The notes beneath the pieces were generated by a model. That model did no database searches. It was not told where the DNA came from and saw only the letters and a program-made list of their open reading frames with translations. This document shows positions 1 to 13,713 of a DNA stretch of 64,000 nucleotides, in pieces. The stretch is from Octopus vulgaris (lineage: Eukaryota). The stretch is from contig OX597830.1 in the NCBI GenBank assembly GCA_951406725.2, positions 16,864,001-16,928,000 of the forward strand, given 5' to 3'. Numbering within the stretch: the first letter of the stretch is position 1; each line of letters starts with the position of its first letter. The translations under genes and the position numbers were made by a program.

Positions 1-1237
1 TTCCCTCGTCATACAATCGCTTTCTCTTAGTCTCTTTCGCTCTCATTACTTGGAAAGGTCTACTAGAGACGAAAGATCGCCAAACTTTATATGACATTCT
101 ACGAACTCTCACTGTAGTGTGAGGAAGATTAAACTGCTCTTTCTAGCTGGCCAAGTTACTAATTACTAAACCAGCATAAACCTCAGTACTATTATGTATT
201 ACTCCTGAAAAAAATTGGAGGGTAAGGTTGACGCTATTGGAATATGAACTCGTGACGCAGAGAGCCAGGACGCAAACCGCGAGACATTTTATTTTTCTCT
301 GGCGCGTTAACAACTCTGCCAAGATCACTGCCTTCGTTATTTATGTATTTATGTCTTCGAAAGTATTTTTCTATGTCAGCCTGTTATTTTAGCAATGTCG
401 GTTTACATTTGTGAAATATATTTACGGACAGCTAACACGCATGTTATATATATGGAGTGCGACAGGAGAGACGGGGGCTACAGACATCCGAGGACAGTGA
501 CACGGGTCTACTTGAGAAGTGACCGTCTCGACCTAACAACAACATTAACGGAATGTGCTCATAAACCACAACAATGGAATGTGAATCTCTCTCTCTCTCA
601 CCACAAGCATTTTCACTGACATTTTTTTTTCCTGATCTTGCTGGTGAACACCCGTACACTATAAGATCAACCCCTGCCGTATCCCCATAGCTATTTCACT
701 CCAATTACAAGCTTTCTCTCGACTTTTTTAAGTGTTGTTTTGAATAAGCTATTTTCAGAGCAAGGTTGAACACGATTTGATGGGAAGAGTGAAATATGTG
801 TGATAAAATATAAACATTAGAAGAATTTCATTAATAAAGAAACTAAAAAAACAACTTATTAGTTTATTTTTAGTCTACTTAAATTTCCTTTAAACATTGC
901 TGAAATATAAGACCTTGTGTGGTGGGGGAGTTGAGAAACTAACTAACTGACAACTAATAACTAAAAATTTAATACTTATATTTAGTGTGACAAGCAATTG
1001 AAAACAGTATCCGCAAAGTATAAATGAACAGGGTTTGAAATATCAGCTATCTTAAACACAAGGGAACATAGTATATTTGGGACGTTACTAAACATGTTTC
1101 CTCACATTCTTCAAAATGTACGGAATAACATTTCAATTATATCTATTGTATTGATTATTTAATTAAACTGATTGTTTGTAATTTTTTTGAAGTACAAAAT
1201 TTCTAATAGATTGTTAAATTTTACATACTAGTAAATA

Positions 1238-1331
1238 GTAGTTAAGATAATAGTTAATATAGTAGTTAAGATAATAGTTAAGATAGTAGTTAAGATAATA
1301 GTTAAGATAGTAGTTAAGATAATAGTTAAGA
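1238..1331. repeat. 12-bp minisatellite TAGTTAAGATA(A/G), ~8 units
   Basis: Read directly; the A/G position alternates, giving a 24-bp superperiod. Confidence 0.85.
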
Positions 1332-2084
1332 GCTAAGCTGTCTCAGAAGTCTTTGTCTTTAGTATTTGTAGTCGAGCGGTTGGTAAGATAGCAGCATATG
1401 TAGCTGCCGAACACTGCGAGAGATCAGAGATGGGATACTGAGAAACTGGGGTGGCATCTTTATTAACAGTACCACTACAAGTTATTCTTGTTTAATAGAA
1501 TGGCAGAATCGTTAAAGCATCAGGGAAAAAAATAATAACTTGCGGTCTTCGTTCTCTTTCTTCGCATTCTAAGTTCAAATCCAGCTGAGATCAACTTTGC
1601 CTTCTACACCTTTGGGATCGATAAAATAAAATACTAATGTCGTACTAGGGTGGCGTGTTGTTGGCTAATCCCTTTCTCCTTGCAAAAAAAAAAAATTCTG
1701 GCTTTGTACCTTTATTAGAAACAATTATTGCTCAGTACCTGGCTAATTCTGATCAACAGACATTCAAGGTATGACAATCTTGAAATGAACATGTACATTT
1801 TAATGACTCTGAGGAAGCTTCAGGATGTTGTGCAAGCAGTCAGCTCTGTATGCACTGCGTCCCGTAGCAGAAACAGCTGTAAACTAATGAAAGTGATTAC
1901 ACAAGTCCTGTTCTTTTGCCATTCATTAATTGATATTATGCTCTGTACTCAACTGAGGCTTTACTCTTGGTGATTAGTATCACTATGCTTGAGCAAAATG
2001 ATAAAATATATGTGTGTGTGGTCACCAGTTGTACGATGAAGAAGGTGACAAAATGTGTTGAGATTTTTGATAAACAAAGTTTTA

Positions 2085-2453
2085 GGATCTTTTCGGTTTG
2101 AACGGCAGTTTTTTCTAGCGGTGTCATATGAAATTGTCACCCATAATTATGACCCTAGTATCGATCTATTGCATTTCAATCTATTTTAGTGTTAGGTTTA
2201 GGGAGGGTATCTGTTTTTCTTCAGAAATGTAAGTAAACCCAATCTATTTCTTAAACGAGGGACATGTTGATTGGTTGAAATTGCAGAAATTGAAGAAAAA
2301 AAACAACAAATATCTTACAACCTATAGAATTTTCTCAATAAAGCCAAGAGAAAAAGATGTTTTATAAACACATTCTACCAGTATACGAAGTTTAAAAGTG
2401 TTTAGATACGTGGAAATTATTTTAAAAAACTGTCGGTCAAACCAAAAAGATCC
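2085..2453 (+). mobile_element. MITE with ~30 bp TIRs (GGATCTTTTCGGTTTGAACGGCAG) and 8-bp TSD
   Basis: TSD AAGTTTTA on both sides. GG termini plus an 8-bp TSD are compatible with the Merlin superfamily (inference). Confidence 0.85.
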
Positions 2454-2554
2454 AAGTTTTATTCTTTTCGTACCCAAAAAGAAATATTGTCATTACTACA
2501 AACAGCAAAATGTTGAGAGAGTTTGAATATTATTGTCTACCACCACATCTATGT

Positions 2555-2872
2555 GGAGGCATATGGCCTAGTGGTTAGAGCAGTGGACTCGCGGTCGAGG
2601 GATCGCAGGTTTGAATCTCAGACCGGACGATGTGTGTGTTTATGAGCGAAACACCTAAGCTCCACGCGGCTCCGGCAGAAGGTAATGGCAAAACTTCTGC
2701 TGATTCTTTCGCCACAACTTTCTCTCACTCTTTCCTCCTGCATCTTGCAGCTCACCTGCGATGGACCGGCGTCCCGTCCAGGTGGGGAACCTATACGTCA
2801 AGAAACCGGTAAACCAGCCCTAAATGAGCCAGGAATGGCTCGAGAAGGAACAAACAACAAGAACAACAACAA
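2555..2872 (+). mobile_element. tRNA(Arg)-like SINE family C
   Basis: TGGCCTAGTGGTTAGAGCAGTGGACTCGCGGTC...GGTTTGAATCTC head and (AAC)n tail. Related heads at 15851-16152, 32735-33068, 46160-46533(-), 57810-58113(-). Confidence 0.82.
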
Positions 2873-3112
2873 CCACATCTCTGCTGTTTCTCAATGCTCT
2901 CTCAAACCTTCTGTCAAGTAGCCAAGGTGTGCTGAGTTTATACTGATGAATGGGCTCAGAAAGAGGCGTGCCAAAAGATGAAATCATAAAACGTTGGCAG
3001 AGCTTATTCCATCCAAAGTCATAATTGGTCAGATTTTGTTGATCACATGGGTTAATATTCTTTTGAATCGCAACATCAGGTGTAGTGATCTGACTACTGA
3101 ACATTCCTGCTA

Positions 3113-3460
<348 letters not shown>

Positions 3461-4974
3461 TAACAGGGAAATGCTGTCTAGGTAGGCAAAGTAGGCACTA
3501 CCTACTTTAAATAAAATAGATCAATAGCAACATTTTCCTTTTATGGAAAAACATGCACCTAATTCAATAAAATTATAAAATGCAAAATATTTTATTTTTT
3601 TTTAGATTAAGTAGGCATCAATCTCAGTATTTAAGCTATGCATAGTATTGTTGTAGCACACATGCTGTGTACACTCCTACAACAATGTTTTCTTTACATG
3701 CTATAAAGGCAGAAGTAAATCTGCCTTCAACTCGGTCACATGGTTGCGTTTCGCCTATTTTTTGTGTGTTTTACTCCATAAAGGTCACCAACTGCCTACC
3801 CTGAGTAATTACTGACACCACATGCCTGGAGTAGGCGTGTGGTAAGTACTTTGCTTACCAACCACATAGTTCCAGGTTCGGTCCCACTTCATAGCACCTC
3901 GGGCAAGTGTCTTCTACTATAACCTCAGGCCTGACCAAGGCCTTGTAAGTGGATTTGGTAAACAGAAACTGAAAGAAGCCCATCATATATATACATATGT
4001 ATGTGTGTATGTATGTATGTATGTGTGTGTATATGTTTGTGTGTCTGTGTTTGTTCCCATAACCTTGCGGTTCAGCGAAAGGGACTGATAGAATAAGTAC
4101 TAGGCTTACAAAAAATAAATCCTGGGGTCAATTTGCTTGACTAAAGGTGGTGCTCCAGCATGGCTGCAGTCAAGTGACTGAAACAAGTAAAAGAATATAT
4201 AACATACTATTCCATGACACAAGTTGTGGTTGAGAAGTTTACTTTTGCACAAAATGGCTTTGAGTTCAGTCCCACTGCATGGCACCTTGGGCAAATGTCC
4301 TCTACTATATCACTGGGTTGCATTATTATCTAATGTCCAAAAGGGAAGTTTGGCTGCTATTTCTTGCAGGGTGAGAAACTAGTGTACATTAGCTCACCAG
4401 AAGCTAGGCTTATGAGACGACAGTACATGACCAATCGAAACAATGTTGTTTTTTTATCTTATCATTTTAGCGTTACAATTAATTTTTTTGTGAGTTTTAT
4501 TTTCCATTTTTTTCATGCATTTTTTCATCCATTGTTAATATAAACATAATATACTTATATGTATATTTATATAGTCAACAAGAGTGTCATGGTAACAAGA
4601 TCTCAAGAGACCAATGACTAGTTGAGAGGACCAGTTGACTAGATCAACCCCAGTACACAACTGGTACTTAATTTATCGACCCCGAAAGGACGAAAGGCAA
4701 AGTTGACTTCAGCAGAATTTGAACTCAGAACGTAAAGACAGACGGTCATAATATATAAACATTTCTCATGGCACCAGAACACTGTTTACAGATGCTTACG
4801 TTTTTTGTTTTCCGTGAATTTTTCATAGGTCCAGCTAGTATATGGTAAGTAGCTTGCTTACCAACCACATGGTTCCAGGTTCAGTCCCACTGGGCAAGTG
4901 TCTTCTACTATAGCCTTGGGCCGACCAAAGCCTTGTGAGTGGATTTGGTAAAGGGAAACTGAAAGAAGCCTGTC

Positions 4975-5028
<54 letters not shown>

Positions 5029-5312
5029 ATATGTTTGTGTGTCGGTGTTTGTCCCCCCAACATCGCTTGACAACCGATGCTGGTGTGTTTACGTCCCTGT
5101 AGCTTAGCAGTTCGGCAAAAAGTGACCGATAGAATAAGTACTAGGCTTACAAAGAATAGGTCCTGGGGTCGATTTGCTCGACTAAAGATGGTGCTCCAGC
5201 ATGGCCGCAGTCAAATGACTGAAACAAGTAAAAGAGTATATATGTGATATCTTCGAAACATGTGTCAGAAGTAAAAGAATTTGTATAACACCTGCATTTA
5301 ACTCCATGTATC

Positions 5313-5399
<87 letters not shown>

Positions 5400-5428
5400 T
5401 CATCATCGTTTAACGTCCGCTTTCCATG

Positions 5429-5466
<38 letters not shown>

Positions 5467-5876
5467 CCATCCAGCCAACTTCCACCATGGGTCATCACAA
5501 TTGCTTAAGGTAAAAATGAATTCCTCGCTCTTTCGGAAACATCAATCTTCTGTATTGACCGCTTTCCACCACTTTGATCTGTTTTTTGTATTGAATACGT
5601 ATCGCCACCGTGGGCCACTGCATCGAACACTTTGAACATATACTTCAAACTATATATCAACTATACATGAACTATATATCAACTATACATGAACTCTAAG
5701 ATGTCTGACTCCGTTGTGTATTATAAATGAATTTCTTGTGTTTGACGGCATTAGCTGTCTTTTTTTATATATAACTTTTTTTGATAAGGTTCATTTCAGG
5801 AACTGAAACATGTTATAATGTATATATAAAAATTAAAAATTGTATAATACAGCAGCATTTTCGAACTTCATTTTTT

Positions 5877-5946
<70 letters not shown>

Positions 5947-6174
5947 GTATATATACGTGTGTATATATATATATACGCACATATATATATGCATATATAT
6001 ACATATATACATACATATACACACACGACAGAAGTAAATAAATACCCTTATAATCATTAAAATATATTTACTTCTGTCATGTCTGTGTAAATGTGTGTGT
6101 GTGTGTGTGTAAGTATATATGTTGGAAACAGGTATAGCTACACCTTAACACACACATGCACACACACATGCATA

Positions 6175-6209
<35 letters not shown>

Positions 6210-6919
6210 CAAATAATGCATTGTACTTTACCTTGCTATATTGTCACCTGGTGTGAACTTCAAATGACAATAACAAGGTCAGATGAAACATAGTAAGGTA
6301 GTTGTTGTTGTTGTTGTCATTTAACCTCAGGTAAAAAATGATTGGTTGTGCAGATCTATAGTCAGATGAATGCCAGCTATGACCATCCCATCCTATCTTT
6401 TATTCTAAAAGTATATTTTAAATTGCATTATCCAACATGTCATACTTTGTGATCTGAGTGAGATTTGGTTGCTATTTTTAGCTACTTTAACAACACAGTA
6501 GAGGCTCGCTTGTTAGTGTTGAAGCAAGGTATAAGGATCAATATATTTCTAATACAGAAACATGATTGACTTATGGGATACATGACATATCATAATCCTC
6601 CTCCTCATCATCATCATCATAATTGTCATCACCATTGTTTTATTTGTCCACTTACACGCTTGCAGGATTTGTTGAGGCATATTTTTTACAGCTGGATGCT
6701 TTTCCTGCCGCCAACTCTTGCATTTTGTCCGTCTTTATGTCCTGAGTTCAGATGCCACTGGGGTTGATAAAATAACCATTATCTGAGTCCTGGGATCAAT
6801 GTAATCAACTGTGTGGTTCGGAATTCAACCCCCACTGTGTGGCACCCTGGGAAAGTATCTTCTACTATTACCTCAAACCGACCGAAATCTTGTGAGATGA
6901 TTTGGTAGACAGAACAGAA

Positions 6920-8250
6920 AGGTAGCAAGCTGGCAGAAACATTAGCATGCCAGGTAAAATGCTTATCGGTATTTTGCCATTACGTTCTGAGTTCAAATTC
7001 CACCGAGGTCAGCTTTGCTTTTCATCCTTTCGGGGTTGATAAATTAAGTACCAGTTATGCACTGGGGTCGCTGTAATCGACTTTGTTTGTCTGTCCTTGT
7101 TTGTCCCCTCTATGTTTAGCCCCTTGTGGGTAGTAAAGAAATAGGTATTTCGTCTGCCGTTACGTTCTGAGTTCAAATTCCACCGAGGTCGATTTTGCCT
7201 TTCATCCTTTCAGGGTCGATAAATTAAGTACCAGTTACACACTAGGATCGATGTAATCGACTTAATCCGTTTGTCTGTCCTTGTTTGTCCCCTCTGTGTT
7301 TAGCCCCTTGTGGGTAGTAAAGAAATAGGTATTTCATCTGCTGTTACATTCTGAGTTCAAATTCCACCGAGGTCGACTTTGCCTTTCATCCTTTCAGGGT
7401 CGATAAATTAAGTACCAGTTATGCACTGGGGCCAATGTAATCGACTTAATCCGTTTGTCTGTCCTTGTTTGTCCCCTCTGTGTTTAGCCCCTAGTGGGTA
7501 GTAAAGAAATAGGTATTTCGTCTGCCGTTACATTTGAGTTCAAATTCCACCGAGGTCGACTTTGCCTTTCATCCTTTCAGGGTCGAGAAATTAAGTACCA
7601 GTTACGCACTGGGGTCGATGTAATCGACTTAATCCGTTTGTCTGTCCTTGTTTGTCCCCTCTATGTTTAGCCCCTTGTGGGTAGTAAAGAAATAGGTATT
7701 TCGTCTGCCGTTACGTTCTGAGTTCAAATTCCACCGAGGTCGATTTTGCCTTTCATCCTTTCGGGGTCGATAAATTAAGTACCAGTTACACACTAGGATC
7801 GATGTAATCGACTTAATCCGTTTGTCTGTCCTTGTTTGTCCCCTCTGTGTTTAGCCCCTTGTGGGTAGTAAAGAAATAGGTATTTCATCTGCTGTTACAT
7901 TCTGAGTTCAAATTCCACCGAGGTCGACTTTGCCTTTCATCCTTTCAGGGTCGATAAATTAAGTACCAGTTATGCACTAGGATCGATGTAATCGACTTAA
8001 TCCGTTTGTCTGTCCTTGTTTGTCCCCTCTATGTTTAGCCCCTTGTGGGCAATAAAGAAATAGGTATTTCGTCTGCCATTATGTTCTGAGTTCAAATTCC
8101 GCCAAGGTCAACTTTGCCTGTCATCCTTTTGGGGTCAATAAATTAAGTACCAGTTATGCACTGGGGTCGCTGTAATCGACTTAATCTGTTTGTCTGTCCT
8201 TGTTTGTCCTCTCTGTGTTTAGCCCCTTGTGGGCAATAAAGACATAAGAA
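6920..8250 (+). repeat. Tandem array of 7 x ~184 bp SINE-derived units (family B)
   Basis: Units start at GGTATTT at 6968, 7144, 7328, 7512, 7695, 7879 and 8063. Each has a B-box-like GAGTTCAAATTCC and the GCCTTTCATCCTTTCGGGGTCGATAAA core; only the first has the A-box head. Confidence 0.95.
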
Positions 8251-8375
8251 GCTTACTTTCCGACCAGATGTGTAGCATCTTGAGCAAGTATCTTCAAACC
8301 AACCAATGCCTTGTTAGACAGATTCGGTAGACAGAAACTGAAAGAAACCTGTCATATATATGTGTGTGTGTGTGC

Positions 8376-8408
<33 letters not shown>

Positions 8409-8433
8409 AGTGCATGTGAGCACGTGTGTGTGC

Positions 8434-8478
<45 letters not shown>

Positions 8479-8933
8479 TGTGTGTGTGTGTGTGTGTGTG
8501 TGCATGCTTTTGTGCGTGTGTTTGTCCCCCACCACTGCTTGACAACTGGTATTAGTGTGTTTACTTTCCTGTAACTTAGCAGCTCGGAAAAAAAAAAACA
8601 AGCAAAAAAAAAAAAAAAAACAATAAAATAAGTACCAGCCTTTAAAAAAAAAAAAGTATTGGGGTCAATACATTTGACTAAGACTAAATATTCTCTGAAG
8701 CAGTGCCCCAGCATGGCAGCAGTCTAATGACTGAAACAAGTAAAAGTTAAAAGATATAGGCGCAGGAGTGGCTGTGTGGTAAGTAGCTTGCTTACCAACC
8801 ACATGGTGCCGGGTTCAGTCCCACTGCGTGGCATCTTGGGCAAGTGTCTTCTGCTATAGCCCCGGGCCGACCAATGCCTTGTGAGCGGATTTGGTAGACG
8901 GAAACTGAAAGAAGCCTGTCGTATATATGTATA

Positions 8934-9320
8934 TCTCTCTCTATATAAACGGCAGTCTGTCTGTGCGTGTTTCTGTGTGTCTGTTTTCTCGTACCCTCAC
9001 CCTGACCACGGCTTTCAACCGATTCTGATGAAACTTGACACACACACACATAGCCCAATGTCATAATTCAAAACTAACGCAGCGAAAATTTTGAAAAGTT
9101 CCCCCAGTTCTGAAAAAAATCGATAAATTCGACATGGGGTCAAGAATCAGAAACACAAACCGCAAACTGTCTAGGGGACGCAACTCCACCTTTTTTAACT
9201 AAAAAAAAAATTTACCATCTTTTTTTTCCATTTTTTTGCTATTTTTTGGCTATAACTCTCTAAAAATGCTTTATAGTTATTTCCCTTACAAACCTGAGCA
9301 ACGCCGGGCGATACTGCTAG
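8934..9320 (+). mobile_element. Non-autonomous Helitron
   Basis: A|TC 5' end (TCTCTCTCTATATAAACGGC), subterminal GC-rich hairpin CCTGAGCAACGCCGGG, CTAG|T 3' end, no TSD; inserted in the internal TA tract of a SINE A. Confidence 0.82.
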
Positions 9321-9957
9321 TATACATATATGTGTGTGTTTGTGTGTCTGTGTTTGTCCCCCAAGCATTGCTTGACAACCGATGCTGGTGTGTTTACGTC
9401 CCCGTCACTTAGTGGTTCGGCAAAAAGAGACTGATAGAATAAGTACCGGGCTTACAAAAGAATAAGTCCCGGGGTCGATTTGCTCGACTGAAAGGCGGTG
9501 CTCCAGCATGGCCGCAGTCAAATGACTGAAACAAGTAAAAGAGTAAAAGAGTATATATAAATCTTAAAAACAACTCTATTGAAACAATAATAAAATGAAA
9601 AGAAAAAGGTTCAGCGATTTTATTCGTTGCAGCCGCTTTGACTGTTTAAGTTTCATTTGGTTGATGCTTCCTATCTGAAGAGAACCACACCACAGACATG
9701 CATGGTATGGAGACTACGCCTAAAAAAATTGAAACTGAACAAAGATTCATTCATAAACATACATACATACAGATATGTGTGTGAGTGGGTGTGTGTCATG
9801 TATGCGTATGTGTGTGTGTGTGGTGGTGGGGGTGGGGGGTGAATGAAGCTTTGTTTAGTTTCCTTTGACAACAAGGAAGAAAACATACCACTAACATGTG
9901 TAAATATGTGTATATATACTGTCTTCATTCTTTTTACATTCATTGCCTTCACAATAT

Positions 9958-10014
<57 letters not shown>

Positions 10015-10297
10015 TATATGTATGTATGTGTGTATGTATATATATATATGTACATACATGTATATATCTGTGTGTGTGTATACATACATATATACATGTA
10101 TACATATATATATATACACATACATACATATACATACACACATACATACATATATACACACATACATACATACATATATATACATATATACACACACATA
10201 CATGCACACATACACACATGTATATACATACATATAAACATACATATATATATACTTACATATAAACATATATAAATATATATATAATCAAAATAAG

Positions 10298-10330
<33 letters not shown>

Positions 10331-10349
10331 GGACGTTAAATGATGATGA

Positions 10350-10405
<56 letters not shown>

Positions 10406-10892
10406 TGTATATATACTTGCTGAGCATAGGTTTCAGCACAATAAATTCATGTCAGGTAGTCTATTATGTTTATGGTCATAATGATATAAAGATATTTATA
10501 GTTTTTTTTTTCTACATTGTCATCAGTAGAAATTATTCATAAACATACTGAATTATGTATGTGAGGTGGGAGAGAGAGTGTACATATATTGTTGATGGAG
10601 CTATGATGTCATCATGCGATATGGCTTTAACACCTGTTGCGTAAATGAAATACGCAAAAACACCAACAAATTGTGATTTTAATTGGAAATTGACAAAGAA
10701 ATCAAAAAAGTTATATATAATAACACACATATATAACACACATATATATATGCATATTTATTTTATCATCATCATCATCATCATCACCACCACCACCACC
10801 ACCACCACCATCATCGTCATCATCATCATCATTTAATGTCTGTTTTCCATGCTGGCATGGGTTGGATGGTCTCACAGATGACGAGCTGTGAA

Positions 10893-11125
10893 GGCGGTGA
10901 GCTGGCAGAAACGTTAGCACACCGGGTGAAATGCGTAGCCGTATTTCGTCTGCCGTTACGTTCTGAGTTCAAATTCCGCCGAGGTCAACTTTGCCTTTAT
11001 TCCTTTCGGAGTCGATAAATTAAGTACCAGTTACGCAGTGGGCTCGATATAATCGACTTAATCCGCTTGTCTGTCCTTGTTTGCTCTCTCTGTGTTTAGC
11101 CTCTTGTGGGTAGTAAAGAAATAGG
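10893..11125 (+). mobile_element. tRNA-derived SINE family B monomer (central domain resembles Meta/MESC SINE domain)
   Basis: A-box-like TGGCAGAAACGTTAG and B-box GAGTTCAAATTCC. Other copies at ~145-333(-), 19580-19795(-), 20815-21046(-), 24145-24531(-, dimer), 30240-30442(-), 58128-58345(-), 62720-63108(+, dimer). Domain assignment is from recall. Confidence 0.8.
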
Positions 11126-11855
11126 TTTCACAGATGACAAGCCAGAGGACTGCATCAAGTTCCACTATCTATTTTGGCACATTTTACAGATTAGACTCAT
11201 TAGTTCTCATGTTTTGGCATCGTTTTTATGACTGGATTACATGTGTGTGTGTAAGGCATTTTCTATTGCATATGTACCAGTCCTTGTCTGTTATATCTGG
11301 TCATTATTTCTTATTGTACATACAATGTTATTTAGTTCTCTCTTCGCACACATTTCTCAGTATCTTCCTGTAGCTCTGTGCTCTGGCGCTCCCATTGATA
11401 ACAGTGGTCTTCATTTTAAATAGCATGAAACCACTAAGACATCTCGGAAACCAACTGATGAAAAAAATCAGCTGCAAATGCTCCATGTATTGTGTTTTTC
11501 TGTCTGTTATGTTTTCACCCAGTTTCCATCTATTTTTTTCCTTCACTGTCTAACTTTTGAAATACATCTATATATAAATAAACCTGAAATGAATATATAT
11601 TTGTATATATATATAATAACACACATATAGATAACAATATATATGTATATATAGTGAGAGTTTACGAAAAAAACAAAAGACGAAGTCAGGTGGTGTACAA
11701 AACAAACAGATGTATTAGTATAACGCTCAGGAATAGAAAAAGTCTTTTATGTTTCGAGCCTACGCTCTTCTACAGAAAGGGACACAGAAAAAACAAGGAG
11801 AGAAAAAAATGTGTGTAGTGGCTAACAATCTATCATGGCAACATATATATATATA

Positions 11856-12123
11856 TTTTTTCACGCTAAGAGTTGCTGAAACATGGAACAAACTGCCGGC
11901 ATCAGTTGTTAGTTGTCAGAGTACTGCATCCTTCTAAACTTCTATGCTTCCTGAGATTCGCCAACATTACACCTGATTTCCTCCCCTCCATACACACGCA
12001 AGCATGTATCTGACTCATACACTGTTCACTTTTCAGACATTTGTACATTACTACATATGCTTTATACGCACTTTTGACAAGTTGTGGTGCACCTGAGCAA
12101 TGTATACAATAATTTCATTATTA
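11856..12123 (+). mobile_element. CR1/L2-like LINE 3' end
   Basis: FFTLRVAETWNKLPASVVSCQSTASF plus 3' UTR; second copy on the minus strand at ~20035-20280. Confidence 0.78.
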
Positions 12124-12406
12124 TATGTCTGTATGAGTTAGAGATTAAGAAACCACCTAAGAGATATTAAATATCCAATATACTACTGGATGAGTAGCTA
12201 CATATTTTTAACCAAGTGCTTACTCTTGCATGGCAATATTGCAATTGAATACTGGGTATGGGTGTTACCCAGGATTTATAAGGCAAATAATAAAATTGAC
12301 AAACATCAGCCAGTAAACATTCCATTATATCTATTTATTAGATGATAACAAACATGTGTTAAGTGATACAAGTAACTGAATGAGATCAGCCAATAAATAC
12401 GTAAGC

Positions 12407-12492
<86 letters not shown>

Positions 12493-12854
12493 ATATAAAT
12501 GAATGAATAATAATTGATGAGTGTACAGATACAAATTCCTTACAGCTCTTTCTGCCATGAGGCCTTAAAATCTTCCAAGTCATCCTCATCATGTCAGTGA
12601 TATACAGGGATGAACAAACATTGGACAGAGATTGGATAATGGTTGAGCCTCAAGGCTTCTTCAGAGAGTACAAATGATAGGGAACTAACATGTGGGAAAT
12701 TCAGTTACAATAATAGAGTAGGGTAAAATAAGGTAAGATTGAATAAAATAGGTAAAAATAAGAACAAAAATATTGTAATGTAGAGTAATAATACCTTAAA
12801 AGGAAGTTCCTACATTCTATTACACTACATTACATTGTTTATAGAAAAGAAGGT

Positions 12855-12888
<34 letters not shown>

Positions 12889-12898
12889 ATACATATAT

Positions 12899-12961
<63 letters not shown>

Positions 12962-13224
12962 TTAGAGACAAAACCACTATTATGCAAATCAAAGAAAGAC
13001 TTAATCCAATACATAAAAAATGTTATGGATATCTTAATTAATCTTAATTATATTTAATTTATATAAAATTTTTTATGTATTGGATTAAGTCTTTCTTTGT
13101 TTGATTTGCATAATAGTGGTTTTGTCTCTAATTAATATTATATTATATTTTACTATAAAATTGGATTCAATCCTAAATCTGATTTTTCCCTGTAAATTTG
13201 GATTTATTCCCTAATATTTATTAT

Positions 13225-13256
<32 letters not shown>

Positions 13257-13301
13257 TATACATATATATACATATACATATACATACACACACACACACA
13301 C

Positions 13302-13333
<32 letters not shown>

Positions 13334-13436
13334 TTCAATGGGTGAATGAATTATCCTATGTTTACCATTAACAAGGAAAATTCAATGAACCGTTACCAGG
13401 GTATTAAATTCTCGTCAGAAATATTTGCAGTTGATT

Positions 13437-13518
13437 TTTTCCTGATGAGAAGATTGCATCTTACTCCGTTTATTCCTTTGGAATAAAACTATGTTGTCTT
13501 CAAAACATATGTCGAAAG
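13437..13518 (+). ncRNA. Degenerate hammerhead of the same family as 14175-14257 (G12A)
   Basis: UUUC-CUGAUGA-GAAGA...UCUUC-AAAA-CAUAUG-UC-GAAA; GAAA is mutated to AAAA, consistent with CpG decay. Confidence 0.65.
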
Positions 13519-13660
13519 TAAAAGAATTTTATTAACATCTTCGTTCAACTCTATTTATTTATTTATTCGTCTATATATATATATATATATATTTTGTCAG
13601 TGAACAGGTTGCAGTCTCAAAGCAACGAAAATATTTTAACAAATTAAACTTAAATGTTGA

Positions 13661-13713
<53 letters not shown>

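Noticed and set aside
52-82. GGAAAG-GTCT ACTAG AGAC-GAAA-GATC motif, also at 29144-29173 with an inverted partial at 29017-29040
   Set aside because: It has a stem plus GAAA and a fold-back context, but the upstream core does not fit NUGANNA and there is no stem I, so it was not counted as a hammerhead.
395-659. CpG-containing short ORFs near the window start
   Set aside because: No recognisable protein motif or consistent splice sites.
2555-2630. tRNA genes at SINE heads
   Set aside because: A and B boxes are present but there is no complete cloverleaf, and each continues into a SINE body.
3464-3828. Possible hAT-like MITE (CAGG...CCTG)
   Set aside because: Terminal similarity is weak and no TSD was found.
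6920-8250. Tandem array as a CRISPR array or a hammerhead retrozyme
   Set aside because: No unique spacers, eukaryotic context, and no hammerhead core found on either strand of the unit.
12520-12700. Minus-strand frame with an in-frame TGA before HDEDDLEDFKASWQKEL
   Set aside because: No family resemblance, splice support or SECIS evidence.
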